From the NCBI RefSeq assembly GCF_963921235.1, contig NC_086108.1:26536001-26598000 (forward strand): a stretch of DNA of 62,000 bases, given 5' to 3'. This document shows positions 12,831-24,820 of the stretch, in pieces. Position 1 is the first letter of the stretch. The number at the start of each line of letters is the position of its first letter. The position numbers were made by a program, and so were the translations under genes. Source of the DNA: Mobula hypostoma. Its lineage: Eukaryota. Below the pieces are notes generated by a model. The model was given only the letters and a program-made list of their open reading frames with translations, did not search any database and was not told the origin of the DNA.

Positions 12831-14540
12831 ACAGGCGAACTGTTTGCATAACTAGAAACTAGTGCCCTGATCCAATAACCAAGACAGAGATGTGGCTGCC
12901 AAGTGAGCGAAGCTGAAAATGTAAGTGTTCTGTGATGTACTTCAGTTTGGTTGGATACCCAGTGATGAAGAGGGGAGAGGTTAGTCTGATTAGTAAAGAT
13001 AAGATCAGTGCAGATACTGTTTCGGATTAGATTATTGTGACATATGCCAAGATGCAATGAGATTCCTTGCCTGTGAAGCTCAGAGCATAAATATTATCCA
13101 TGGTAGTATTAAATACAGCAACAAGTGCAAAACCAGAGAATGGGGTAAAGATAGTCGTGCAATCTGAAGGAGTGCAAAAATAAATGCTGAAGTGACAGTG
13201 ACAGAATAATCAGGAGTTCAGCAGTAGAAAATATCCTTAGATCAGAAATACCATACCATAGAATTAAAAAACTGAAATGTAAAGAAAGAGGGTTTGCATG
13301 TCAATATTTGGCATACTGCAGAAGTGTACGGTCTTTCTAAACAAGGTGGGATATACCTGTAATGGAGACATTTGAATGAAAATATACTGCTTTAAGACAA
13401 GAGCAATGATTGAGTAGAATGGCTTTACCTTCATTGGAGTTGAGTAGGAGGTGGTTTTTACTGAAGAATTACATTCTGAAGGGGCATATCATCGATGATG
13501 AGTGTGAGGAATTGAAGATTGGCATGGACCAATTGAGTTGTAGGGTGTGTTTCTGTGCTGTGTGACTCTATGAATGCATGATGCGAATGAGAGTTGAAAA
13601 AAGTGAGATTTGTGAAGGATTAGTGTAAATGGCTGGTTAATGGTCAATGCAAACTCATGAGCCAATGGGCATGCTTCCATGCTGTGTCATTCCAAGTTTC
13701 ATTTATTTATGTAAGCAATAAATCTCAGGGAGACCTTGATTAACGTTTGGAGGACTGTTCAGGAAGAAGGTTGAATGTTGTGGTTTACACAGATCACTTT
13801 CAGAGTTAAGTACAGAAGCTTGTCAATTTGTTGATCACTTAGATCTTGCATATTTTCTGAAATATGCCCTGAAACTCACAACTACTTGGTAAATGTGTGG
13901 AACCATTTTGCTTAGATAATAAGCAGAGTTAAGTATTTATATAAAATGTTCTCAGGAAGCTAATCAAATAAAGATGCCAGGTGTGTCTTCCGAGAGAAAA
14001 CTTACAGACATTCTTTCCAAAATAATCTCATTAGAGAAGAATCTTCCCTCCATTACAAAACTAACAGCAATTCAATTCTTTGCCACTTTTAACAAAGCAG
14101 AAAGTGCCTCAAAGCACCTCACAGGAGCATTTTGAAGCTGAAGAGATTGACACCAAAGCAATTCAAATGACATTAGGGCCGATTGCCAATGGTTATAAAG
14201 TGATGTCTTAAGAATTCAAAAGTCAATAAAAATGCAAGAAATCCGAAAGGAAGAAAAAACTAACTAAGAAGGTTGGGTCAGGCAGCATCTGTGGAGAGAG
14301 GAAATGGGCAAATGATCAGGTCAAAGATCTGAAACATTAATTCTGAGCTTAGAAATCCTGCATGTTTTACTTTTCAAACAATACATTTTATGTTGTACAC
14401 AAATCACTGAATCTTAACATACCTGGCAGTTAAGAAGGTAAAGAGTAAACATAGAAACATAGAAAATAGGTGCAGGAGTAGGCCATTCGGCCCTTCGAGC
14501 CTGCACCGCCATTTATTATGATCATGGCTGATCATCCAAC

Positions 14541-17540
14541 TCAGAACCCAGCCTTCCCTCCATACCCCCTGACCCCTGTAGCCACAAGGGCCATATCTAA
14601 CTTCCTTTTAAACATAGCTAATGAACTGGCCTCAACAGTTTGCTGTGGCAGAGAATTCCACAGATTCACCACTCTCTGTGTGAAGAAGTTTTTCCTAACC
14701 TCGGTCCTAAAAGGCTTCCCCTCGATCCTCAAACTGTGACCCCTCGTTCTAGACCTCCCCAACATCGGGAACAATCTTCCCGCATCTAGCCTGTCCAATC
14801 CCTTTAGGATCTTATACGTTTCAATCAGATCCCCCCTCAATCTTCTAAATTCCAACGAGTACAAGACCAGTTCATCCAGTCTTTCTTCATATGAAAGACC
14901 TGCCATCCCAGGAATCAATCTGGTGAACCTTCTTTGTACTCCCTCTATGGCAAAGATGTCTTTCCTCAGATTAGGGGACCAAAACTGCACACAATACTCC
15001 AGGTGTGGTCTCACCAATGCCTTGTACAACTGCAGTAGTACCTCCCTGCTCCTGTACTCGAATCCTCTCGCTATAAATGCCAGCATACCGTTCGCCTTTT
15101 TCACCGCCTGCTGTACCTGCATGCCCACTTTCAATGACTGGTGTATAATGACACCCAGGTCTCGTTGCACCTCCCCTTTTCCTAATCGGCCACCATTCAG
15201 ATAATAATCTGTTTTCCTATTTTTGCCACCAAAGTGGATAACTTCACATTTATCCACATTAAATTGCATCTGCCATGAGTTTGCCCACTCACCCAACCTA
15301 TCCAAGTCACCCTGCATCCTTTTAGCATCCTCCTCACTGCTAACACTGCCACCCAGCTTTGTGTCATCCGCAAACTTGGAGATGTTGCATTTAATTCCCT
15401 CATCCATGTCATTAATATATATTGTAAACAACTGGGGTCCCAGCACTGAGCCTTGCGGTACCCCACTAGTCACCGCCTGCCATTCTGAAAAGGTCCCGTT
15501 TATTCCCACTCTTTGCTTCCTGTCTGCTAACCAATTCTCCACCCACACCAATACCTTACCCCCAATACCGTGTGCTTTAAGTTTGCACACTAATCTCCTG
15601 TGTGGGACCTTGTCAAAAGCCTTTTGAAAATCCAAATATACCACATCCACTGGTTTTCCCCTATCCACTCTACTAGTTACATCCTCAAAAAATTCTATGA
15701 GATTCGTCAGACATGATTTTCCTTTCACAAATCCATGCTGACTTTGTCCGATCATTTCACCGCTTTCCAAATGTGCTGTTATCACATCCTTGATAACTGA
15801 CTCCAGCAGTTTCCCCACCACCGACGTTAGGCTAACCGGCCTATAATTCCCCGGTTTCTCTCTCCCTCCTTTTTTAAAAAGTGGGGTTACATTAGCCACC
15901 CTCCAATCCTCAGGAACTAGTCCAGAATCTAACGAGTTTTGAAAAATTATCACTAATGCATCCACTATTTCTTGGGCCACTTCCTTAAGCACTCTGGGAT
16001 GCAGACCATCTGGCCCTGGGGATTTATCTGCCTTCAATCCCTTCAATTTACCTAACACCACTTCCCTACTAACATGTATTTCGCTCAGTTCCTCCATCTC
16101 ACTGGACCCTCTGTCCCTTACTATTTCTGGAAGATTATTTATGTCCTCCTTAGTGAAGACAGAACCAAAGTAATTATTCAATTGGTCTGCCATGTCCTTG
16201 CTCCCCATAATCAATTCACCTGTTTCTGTTTGCAGGGGACCTACATTTGTCTTTATCAGTCTTTTCCTTTTTACATATCTATAAAAGCTTTTACAGTCCG
16301 TTTTTATGTTCTCTGCCAGTTTTCTCTCATAATCTTTTTTCCCCTTCCTAATTAAGCCCTTTGTCCTCCTCTGCTGAACTCTGAATTTCTCCCAGTCCTC
16401 AGGTGAGCCACTTTCTCTGGCTAATTTGTATGCTACTTCTTTGGAATTGATACTATCCCTAATTTCTCTTGTCAGCCACGGGTGCACTACCTTCCTTGAT
16501 TTATTCTTTTGCCAAACTGAGATGAACAATTGTTGTAGTTCATCCATGCAACCTTTAAATGCCTGCCATTGCATATCCACCGTCAATCCTTGAAGTGTCA
16601 TTTGCCAGTCTATCTTAGCTAATTCACGTCTCATACCTTCAAAGTTACCCCTCTTTAAGTTCAGAACCTTTGTTTCTGAATTAACTACGTCACTCTCCAT
16701 GTTAATGAAGAATTCCACCATATTATGGTCACTCTTACCCAAGGGGCCTCTCACGACAAGATCGCTAATTAACCCTTCCTCATTGCTCAAAACCCAGTCC
16801 AGAATAGCCTGCTCTCTAGTCGGTTCCTCGACATGTTGGTTCAAAAAACCATCCCGCATACATTCCAAGAAATCCTCTTCCTCAGCACCTTTACCAATTT
16901 GGTTCACCCAGTCTACATGTAGATTGAAGTCACCCATTATAACTGCTGTTCCTTTATTGCACACATTTCTAATTTCCTGTTTAATACCATCTCCGACCTC
17001 ACTACTACTGTTAGGTGGCCTGTACACAACTCCCACCAGCGTCTTCTGCCCCTTAGTGTTACGCAGCTCTACCCATATCGATTCCACATCTTCCCGGCTT
17101 ATGTCCTTCCTTTCTATTGCGTTAATCTCTTTTTTAACCAGCAATGCTACCCCACCTCCCCTTCCTTCATGTCTATCCCTCCTGAATATTGAATATCCCT
17201 GAACGTTGAGCTCCCATCCCTGGTCACCCTGGAGCCATGTCTCTGTGATCCCAACTATATCATAATCATTAATAACAATCTGCACTTTCAATTCATCCAC
17301 CTTATTACGAATACTCCTTGCATTGACACATAAAGCCTTCAGGCGCTCTTTTACAACTCTCTTAGCCCTTTTTAATGCTTGCCCTGGATTTGTCGGCCTG
17401 CCACTTTTACTTTTCCCCTTTGTACTGTTTGCTTCTACGCTCACTTTACACCCCTCTGTCTCTCTGCACTGATTCCCATCCCTCTGTTGTGAACTAACCT
17501 CCTCACACCTAGCCGCTTTAATTTGATTCCCACCCCCCAA
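14541..17540 (-). CDS. CR1 ORF2: APE endonuclease + reverse transcriptase
   Basis: 999-codon open frame with NARS, ITETWL, YRPP, GDFN and SDHN (endonuclease) and KSPGPDG, YRPVSLTS, DFQKAFD, PQGSVLGP and FADD (RT). The called start is TTG; the frame is open from 17561. Confidence 0.97.
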   Translation of the reverse strand: MGGGNQIKAARCEEVSSQQRDGNQCRETEGCKVSVEANSTKGKSKSGRPTNPGQALKRAKRVVKERLKALCVNARSIRNKVDELKVQIVINDYDIVGITETWLQGDQGWELNVQGYSIFRRDRHEGRGGGVALLVKKEINAIERKDISREDVESIWVELRNTKGQKTLVGVVYRPPNSSSEVGDGIKQEIRNVCNKGTAVIMGDFNLHVDWVNQIGKGAEEEDFLECMRDGFLNQHVEEPTREQAILDWVLSNEEGLISDLVVRGPLGKSDHNMVEFFINMESDVVNSETKVLNLKRGNFEGMRRELAKIDWQMTLQGLTVDMQWQAFKGCMDELQQLFISVWQKNKSRKVVHPWLTREIRDSINSKEVAYKLARESGSPEDWEKFRVQQRRTKGLIRKGKKDYERKLAENIKTDCKSFYRYVKRKRLIKTNVGPLQTETGELIMGSKDMADQLNNYFGSVFTKEDINNLPEIVRDRGSSEMEELSEIHVSREVVLGKLKGLKADKSPGPDGLHPRVLKEVAQEIVDALVIIFQNSLDSGLVPEDWRVANVTPLFKKGGREKPGNYRPVSLTSVVGKLLESVIKDVITAHLESGEMIGQSQHGFVKGKSCLTNLIEFFEDVTSRVDRGKPVDVVYLDFQKAFDKVPHRRLVCKLKAHGIGGKVLVWVENWLADRKQRVGINGTFSEWQAVTSGVPQGSVLGPQLFTIYINDMDEGIKCNISKFADDTKLGGSVSSEEDAKRMQGDLDRLGEWANSWQMQFNVDKCEVIHFGGKNRKTDYYLNGGRLGKGEVQRDLGVIIHQSLKVGMQVQQAVKKANGMLAFIARGFEYRSREVLLQLYKALVRPHLEYCVQFWSPNLRKDIFAIEGVQRRFTRLIPGMAGLSYEERLDELVLYSLEFRRLRGDLIETYKILKGLDRLDAGRLFPMLGRSRTRGHSLRIEGKPFRTEVRKNFFTQRVVNLWNSLPQQTVEASSLAMFKRKLDMALVATGVRGYGGKAGF

Positions 17541-17545
17541 CCATT

Positions 17546-18481
17546 CTAGTTTAAAGTCACCTCAGTAGCCCCCACTAATCTCCCTGCCAGGATATTGGTC
17601 CCCCTAGGATTTAAGTGTAACCCGTCCTTTTTGTACAGGTCACACCTGCGCCAAAAGAGGTCCCAATGATCCAAAAACTTGAATCCCTGCCCCCTGCTCC
17701 AATCCCTCAGCCACGCATTTATCCTCCACCTCATCGCATTCCTACTCTCACTGTCGCGTGGCACAGGCAGTAATCCCGAGATTACTACCTTTGCGGTCCT
17801 TTTTCTCAACTCCCTTCCTAGCTCCCTATATTCTTCTTTCAGGACCTCATCCCTTTTCCTACCTATGTCATTGGTACCTATATGTACCAGGACCTCTGGC
17901 TCTTCACCCTCCCACTTCAGGATATCTTGGACACGATCAGAAATATCCCGGACCCTGGCACCAGGGAGGCAAACTACCATCCGAGTCTCTGGACTGCGTC
18001 CACAGAATCGCCTATCTGACCCCCTTACTATCGAGTCCCCTATCACAACTGCCCTCCTCTTCCTTGCCCTACCCTTCTGAGCTACAGGGCCAGACTCTGT
18101 GCCGGAGGCAGGGCCACTGTCGCTTCCCCCGGGTAAGCTGTCCCCCCCAACAGTACTCAAACAGGAGTACCTGTTGTTAAGGGGCACAGCCGCCGGGGTA
18201 CTCCCCATCACCTGCCTTTTCCCCTTCCCCCTCCTAACCGTGACCCACTTGTCTGCCTCCCGTGGCCCCGGCGTGACCACCTGCCTTCCACTCCTCTCTA
18301 TCACCTCCTCGCTCTCCCTGACCAGACGAAGGTCATCAAGCTGCAGCTCCAGTTCCGTAACGCGGTCCCTTAGGAGCTGCATCTCGATGCACCTGGCGCA
18401 GATGTAGACGTCCGGGAGGCTTGGAGACTCCAGGGCCTCCCACATCCGACACCGAGAACAGCAAACTGCCCTCACAGTCAT
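17546..18481 (-). CDS. CR1 ORF1p: zinc finger/leucine zipper + SGNH esterase domain (311 aa from first ATG)
   Basis: CxxC...CxxC, heptad leucine repeat, IGDSIVR, HIGTND and DGLH esterase blocks. Confidence 0.95.
   Translation of the reverse strand: MTVRAVCCSRCRMWEALESPSLPDVYICARCIEMQLLRDRVTELELQLDDLRLVRESEEVIERSGRQVVTPGPREADKWVTVRRGKGKRQVMGSTPAAVPLNNRYSCLSTVGGDSLPGGSDSGPASGTESGPVAQKGRARKRRAVVIGDSIVRGSDRRFCGRSPETRMVVCLPGARVRDISDRVQDILKWEGEEPEVLVHIGTNDIGRKRDEVLKEEYRELGRELRKRTAKVVISGLLPVPRDSESRNAMRWRINAWLRDWSRGQGFKFLDHWDLFWRRCDLYKKDGLHLNPRGTNILAGRLVGATEVTLN
17549..17555 (-). promoter_or_regulatory. Candidate -1 ribosomal frameshift heptamer U_UUA_AAC at the CR1 ORF1/ORF2 junction
   Basis: Minus strand reads ACT TTA AAC TAG in the ORF1 frame. 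A -1 slip gives TTT AAA CTA GAA TGG TTG, which is the ORF2 frame. Confidence 0.65.
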
Positions 18482-18643
18482 AATGCCCCTCTCCTCAAAT
18501 AGCAACAGAAAATGAATGTCAAACCTTCCTCGCCTCGCCCGCTTCCGCCTAAGCCCGTTGAGCCGAAGCCCTTAAGTCTTCACTCTGCTCCCGGCTCACT
18601 CCGCTGCCCGCAAACTACGCTGCCCGCTCTCTGAGGCTCTGTT

Positions 18644-18881
18644 CCTTTTAAATCTGCCGCGCTGCACTGCCCGACGTCACACGCCTGCGCAGTCCCGCCT
18701 CTCAGAAAGCCGTTGGAGAAAAAAAATAACGAAAATTTCAAAAATCTCTTTCTCGGCACTCCCACTCAGACTCTCAGACTCCTTCTTCGAATCAAATCCG
18801 AAGCAGGATGTCTGCCCTTTTAAATCTGCTGCGCTGCACTGCCCGACGTCACACGCCTGCGCAGTCCCGCCTCTCAGAAAG
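18644..18881 (-). promoter_or_regulatory. Duplicated 66-bp promoter-like module in the CR1 5' UTR
   Basis: 18644-18709 and 18816-18881 differ at one base. Each contains GGCGGG, TGCGCAGGCG, TGACGTC and TTTAAAAGG on the - strand. Confidence 0.65.
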
Positions 18882-18889
18882 TAGAGTTA

Positions 18890-20700
18890 GAGAGTAGAGT
18901 CATAAGGCACTGTTGCACAGAAACAGGGCCTCTGGCCTTTCTAGTCTATGTTGAACTGTTATTCTTCCTAATCCCATCAACCTACACCTGGACCATACAC
19001 CTCCATACCCCTCCCATTCATGTACTTACCCCAACTTCTCTTTAATGTTGCAGTCAAACCCACATCCACCACTTCTTCTGGCAGCTCGTTCCACACTCGC
19101 AATATTTGTGTCATACGCAAACTTGCTAATCTAGTTAACCAAATTATCATCCAGATTGTTGATATAGATGACAAACAACAACTGACCCAGCACTGATCCC
19201 TGTGCCACTCCGCTATTCATAAGCCTCCAATCAGAGAGGCAAAGTTCACTACTGAAGGCTGCCCACTTACCAAGTACACTTTTGCCAGAAAATATTCAGT
19301 CCCAATCCACACTCGCCAGATCTTTCCTGATACCATCAAAGTTAACTTTTCTCCAATTTAGAAGCTCAGCCTGCAGACAGGACCTATCTATTGGCATATT
19401 TACTTTGAAACTAATGGCATTCTGATTACTAAATGCAAAGTGTTCCCCTGAACAAACTTCTGTCACGTCCCCTGTCTCATTACTTAATAGCAGATCAAGT
19501 ATTGCACACTGTCTCATGGGGACTGCTGCGTACTGATTAAGGAAACTTTCCTGAGCACATTTACAAATTCTATCCCACCCGGGCATTTTACAGTACAGTA
19601 AAAGGACTAGTCTCTCGTTCTAGTCTCAGACGACATCAGTGGAAGAAGCCTACTTGCATTAACCCTATTTATGCCCTTCATAATTTTGTATACCTCTGTC
19701 AAATCTCCCCTCATTTTCCTAAAGGAATGTGACCAAAACTGCACGCGGTATTCCAAATCTGGCGTCTCTAAGGTCTTATACAACTTCAACATAACATTCC
19801 AACTCCTGAATTTAATACTTAGATTTATGAAGGCCAGTGTGCCAAAACGTCTGTTTATGACCTGATCTACCTGTCACAGCACTTTAAAGGAATAATGGAT
19901 ATGTATTCCTAAATCCCTCTTTTCCACAACACTTCTCTGTGCCCTACCATTCGCTGTGTGAGTTCTATTCTGGTTTGTCCTCCCAAAATGCTGTACCTCA
20001 CAGTTGTCTGCATAAAATTCCATCTGCTTCTTTTCAACACATTTTTCCAGCTGGTCCAAATCTCACTGCAAGCTTTGATAGACTTTCTTACTGTCCACTA
20101 ACACACCCCCCCCCCCCCAAATCTTGGTGTCATCTTCAAATTTGCTGATCCAGTTAATCACATCATCATCCAGATGGGTGATATACTGCAGACGACAAAC
20201 AGCGATGGATCCAGCACCATTCCTGTGGCACTCCACTAGCCACAGACCTCCAGTCAGATGCACAACCATCTACAACCATTTTCATGCTTCTCTCATAAAG
20301 CCAATGAAGAATCGGCTTCATAACTCATCCTGAATACCAAGTGACTGAATTATCTTATCCAGCCTCCTATGTGAGACTTTGTCAAAGGCCTTGCTAAAGT
20401 CCATGTAGACAACATCCACTGCCTTTCTTTCTTCAACTGTCCTGGTAACCCCTCGAAAACTCCATAAGATTGGTTTGTCCTTTGATAATAAATTTATTTT
20501 GAATTTGAATATGAACAAAGCCACGTTGACTATCTCTAATCAGTTGTGTCTATCCAAATGCTTATATTTCTGGTCCCTTAGAATATTTTCCAATAATTTG
20601 CTCACTACTGATGTCAGACTCACCCACCTGTAATTTCCTGGCTTATCCTTTGAGCCTTTCTTAAACAGCAGCTATCCTCCAGTTCTCCAGCATTAGACTT
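18890..20700 (-). mobile_element. Cluster of decayed CR1 ORF2 fragments
   Basis: ORF-track peptides AVDVVYMDFSKAFDKV, KLYKTL..LEYRVQFWS, ISKFEDDTK and AILDLLLSNE. Confidence 0.8.
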
Positions 20701-21897
20701 TATTGAAAGAGGATTTGAAAACAAGAGTAAAGATATATTTTTTGGTGAGACTGCACTTAGTGTATTGTATTTCATTCTGACATTCATATCCCATAAGGAC
20801 ATACTTATTACAGGAGTGCACTGAAGATTTAACAGACTTGTTCTGGGAAGCAGATCTTTCATTTTGTGATGCTTAGCCTCTATACCTTGAAAATCAGTAA
20901 AACGAACAATGAAAACCTGCTGAAACATGGAAAATTATTGGAGGAATTCACAGAGTAAATATAGAGAGTAAATATGCTTGTCCGACTTTGGAGTCTAGAA
21001 CCATGTCTCAAAATGAGGGATAGGTCTATCTGGGACTGCAATCAGAAGGTATGAATTTTTAGAATATTTTGTGGAGCTCCATGGAGTTGTTGATTGCATT
21101 TAGAACTAATTTTTATTGATTTCTGGATGTGGGAGGCATCGAGGGACGTGGGGAAATATTGCTGATGTAGCCGGTCGTTGAATGTCTTATTGAATTTTGG
21201 AGCAATCTTGAGGGGCCGAGTGGTTGATTCCTGCCCCTATTATTTCTGCCCTTCTTAAATTCTGAGTGAGGAGGGACAAAGAAAATGAAGGGAATTATCT
21301 CATGGAAGGAATGACCTGACAATGCTTGAGGAGGAAATTTTAAAGATTTCAAGTCTGGAAGCTAAAGGCAAAATTTCCAATAATGGAATGGTTAAATTTG
21401 GGCATACTTAACTAGTCAGGAATGGAGAATCAAAAGACATCTCAGATAGACAGGATGCTGAGTGACAGAGGAAAGGACATAACCCTAACCATGGAGAGGT
21501 TTGAAAACAGGTGGTCTGGATCTACAGTCTATTCTACCTATCTACTGCAAAGGTGAGCTGTGAACTGCAGGCTGATAATGCTTGCACTATAAATAAAAGG
21601 TTGCATTAACCCTCTCTGTTCCATTATAAGCAGAGTGAAAAATACAAATGAATTATAGGCTAATTAAAGTCAACAGCAAAAATTGAAAGGTCGGTTATTT
21701 AAAAATGTGTACAATAGAAGATGGTTCACCACGTAGCTACATTTTTATATACACCATTAAGGATTAAAAATTAAAACTTCCTCAATGAATTGAATGTACA
21801 AACCATGTTATCTGAGTGAAAATTTGTGGCAAAGGCAAAGGAATAAAATGTTACAAGGCTTTCACTGACAAATTGTCTCTTTTTTCCGGTTGTCCAG

Positions 21898-22003
21898 GTA
21901 ACGGAAACCAGAACAGGACCTCTTGGATGCAGTAACTATGACAATCTGGACTCTGTTAGTTCAGTTCTGGTACAAAGTCCCGAGAACAAAATTCACTTAC
22001 AAG
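21898..22003 (+). CDS. BRINP2: BRINP-family (BMP/retinoic acid-inducible neural-specific protein, BRINP2/BRINP3-like) internal coding exon, 106 bp
   Basis: Pyrimidine tract and ...tgtccag acceptor; reads [35 protein letters not shown](G); gtcagt donor. Near-identical to the recalled BRINP2/3 peptide. The phase-1 end matches the next exon. Paralogue assignment (2 vs 3) is uncertain. Confidence 0.9.
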
Positions 22004-22689
22004 GTCAGTACAGGTGCGGCTGCTAAATTTCTCCTTTTATCCCTGTAGCAGTTGATGTGCACTGTCCCTTATTCCCTTATGACTAGTTGCAGTGGCTGGA
22101 GCCTTCTTCAATTATTCATGCTTAAAACTGGCTGTTGCGTGACTTAATATTATTCCTATAATATCAGCAGCAACTGCTGGAGTCCCCATGTATAACCATG
22201 AATAATTCAGGGACTCATAAGATATATTAAAATACTAGAAGTGCAGGATTATAACAATACAATGTGTATCTGAGTAGCACAATTACAGGAAACTCATGCT
22301 TTGATTAATTTCTGTACTGTTACTTTCTGCTTGCGATTTCTAGAGCAAATGTGCCCTCAGTTGCACCCATTTTGTTTTTTTCATGATCTTACTAAAAGTC
22401 ACTGCACACCTGTGAGTCAATCATGAGCCATTGTAATGTAAAATTTTGAATACATTTTAGTTTTTAAACATGCCCTCCATACAAAAGAAGCTGCCAACTT
22501 GACGGCTTGGAACCAAGCTAATCAAGAAAACTTAATATTTTCAAACACACTACCAACCAAATTCCAATCAGCAAAATGATTTAAACTAGAAAAGGTATAT
22601 GAAGGCATATTTATTGGTTTATTAGTAAGTTAAAATATAGTATAATAGAAGCATTTAAAAACACATTTTTGTTGCATCTTAGCACAACC

Positions 22690-22955
22690 AAGACCTATAG
22701 GCTCACTTCCAAGGACTCTACAGTTCATGTTCTCAGAATTTATTTATTTATTATAATCATTTGTATGGTTTGCCTTGTTTTGAAATTGATTGCTCATCTG
22801 TCTTTGTTCTTCACAGAATTTCATAAACTCTACTGCATTCCTTTATTTCTCTGTAAATACCTGCAAGAAAATGAATCTCAAGGTAGTCTATGGTGACAGA
22901 CTGCATACGTACTTTAATAATAAATTTACTTTGAACTTTGATCTTTAAACTTTGA
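22690..22955 (+). mobile_element. Rex-Babar-type 3' UTR fragment
   Basis: ctcacttccaaggactc...aataaatttactttgaacttt, shared with 2040-2278 and 57660-58012. Confidence 0.6.
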
Positions 22956-23009
22956 AGCTAATAAATTCGGTTGTATTTTCTGAGACTCTCTGAAAATTAA
23001 TAACAAGCC

Positions 23010-24820
23010 TATAGGAGTAGAATTAGACCATTCTTCCCATCAAGTCTGCTTCATTATTCAATCTTGGCTGATTTATTTTTCCTTTCAACCCCACTCAGTT
23101 GCCTTCTCTCCCTAACATTTGGCACCGATCTAATCAAGAAGCTATAAACTTCTGCTTAAATATACCCAAAAACTTGGCCTCCACAGATGGTTGTTGCAGT
23201 GAATTCTACAGATTCACCATCTTTGGTGAAAGAAATTCCTCCTCATTTCTGATTTAAAGGGACATCCTTCTATTCTGAAGCTGTGCCCTCTATTGAAAAC
23301 CTCAGTCCATGTCTACTGTCTTCAGGGTTTTCAATATTCGGTAGGTTTCCATGAGATCCCCCTTAAACTTCTAATCTCTAGTGAGGACAGGCACGGAGCC
23401 AACAAACACTCATCATACATCAACTCTTTCATTCCTGAATCAGTCTTGTAAATTCCTTCTGGATCCTCTCCAATGCTAGTTCATCCTTCCTTAGATATGG
23501 GGCCCAATCTTGCTCACAGTACCCCAACTGTAGTTTACCAATGCCTTATCAACCTCAGCATTACACCCTTGCTTTTATATGCTAATCCTCTTCAAATGAA
23601 TGTTAACATTCTATTTGCCTTCCTCATCACCAGCTCAATCTGCAAGATAACCACACCTTTATTCCTTCTAGCAAAGTGCATGACCATACACTTCTCTACA
23701 GTCTTCAATCTACCACCTTTAATTGTCCTTTCTCCTAATCTGTCCTCCCTGTTTCCCCAACACTGCCTGCTCCTCACCTACCTTTTGTATCATCAACATA
23801 TCCAGAACATTAACATATAATATGGAAATTAGTGGACCTGAGTGACCCCTGTGGAACACCATTAGTCACCAACAGGCAATCAGAAAAGACCCACTTGAAG
23901 TCAACCTAACTAGCCTCTAGTTTCCTGTTTTTTGCCTCCCCCCCACCCCGACCCTTCTTGAAGAGTGGAGTGACATTTGTGATTTTCCTGACCACTGGAA
24001 CTACTCCAGAATCTAGTGATTCTTGCGGATCACTACTACTGCCTCCATAATCTCAAGCTACCACTTTCAGAACTCTGGGGTGTAGTCCATTTGGTCCAGG
24101 TGAACCAGATCTTTCAGACCTTTCAGCTTCCCAAGCAACTTTTCCTATATCATAGCAACTATATTCACTTCAGACACCTGACACTCTCAAATTTCTGGCA
24201 TGTTGCTGGTGTTTGCCACAATGAAGATTGATGCTTAATACTTATTCAGTTCATCAATAATTTTCTGTTCCCCATTGCTACCATCATTTTCCAGTGGTCC
24301 AATGTCCAATAATGCTTTTTACTCTTTATGTATCTGAAAAACACTAAAAATAATCTTGTTTTCGTCTTTTATATTATTGCCTTTATATTTTTTCCTGTCA
24401 TTACTTTTTAGCTGTTTTCTGTTCGTTTTTAAGGGCTTCCCAATCATCTAACTTCCTATTAATTTTTGAAATATCGTATGCCCTCTCTTTCACTTTTATG
24501 CTGTCTTTGACTTTTCTTGTCAACTGTGGTTGCTTTGTCCTCCCTTTAGAATACTTCTTCTTCTCTGAGATGAGCTGACTCTGCATCTCCTAGAAGCTTC
24601 TTTCATTGCTGCTCTGCCATCATCACTCCTCGTGTTCCCTTCTGATAAATTTTCACCAGCTCCTCTCTCATGCCTCTGTAGTTTCTTTTACTCCAGTTTA
24701 ATACTGATACATCTGATTTTAGCTTCTCCCTCTCAAAATGCAGGGTGAATTCTATCATATTATGGTCACTGCCTGGTAACTATTATCTGAAGCCCCCTGA
24801 TCAAATGTGCATCATTGCAT
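23010..24820 (-). mobile_element. Decayed CR1 ORF2 with internal deletions
   Basis: CR1 tail at ~23010-23060; KCMVMHF and EDWEA-like motifs. Confidence 0.75.

Larger units (their letters stand above)
14447..18881 (-). mobile_element. Full-length, intact young CR1 LINE
   Basis: CpG-rich 5' UTR, uninterrupted ORF1 and ORF2, 3' UTR hairpin (ggtgcagg...cctgcacc) and (TTTCTATG)n tail. Confidence 0.97.

Noticed and set aside
17518..17544. TAG-A-ATG right after the ORF1 stop as a reinitiation start for ORF2
   Set aside because: This ATG is in the third frame and stops after 8 codons (ATG GTT GGG GGG TGG GAA TCA AAT TAA), so it cannot produce ORF2p.
14923..18407. Several + strand ORFs overlapping the intact CR1
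   Set aside because: Antisense shadows of a coding sequence with no recognisable domains.
14435..18900. Target-site duplication for the intact CR1
   Set aside because: Only a weak agagta similarity at both ends; not distinguishable from chance.
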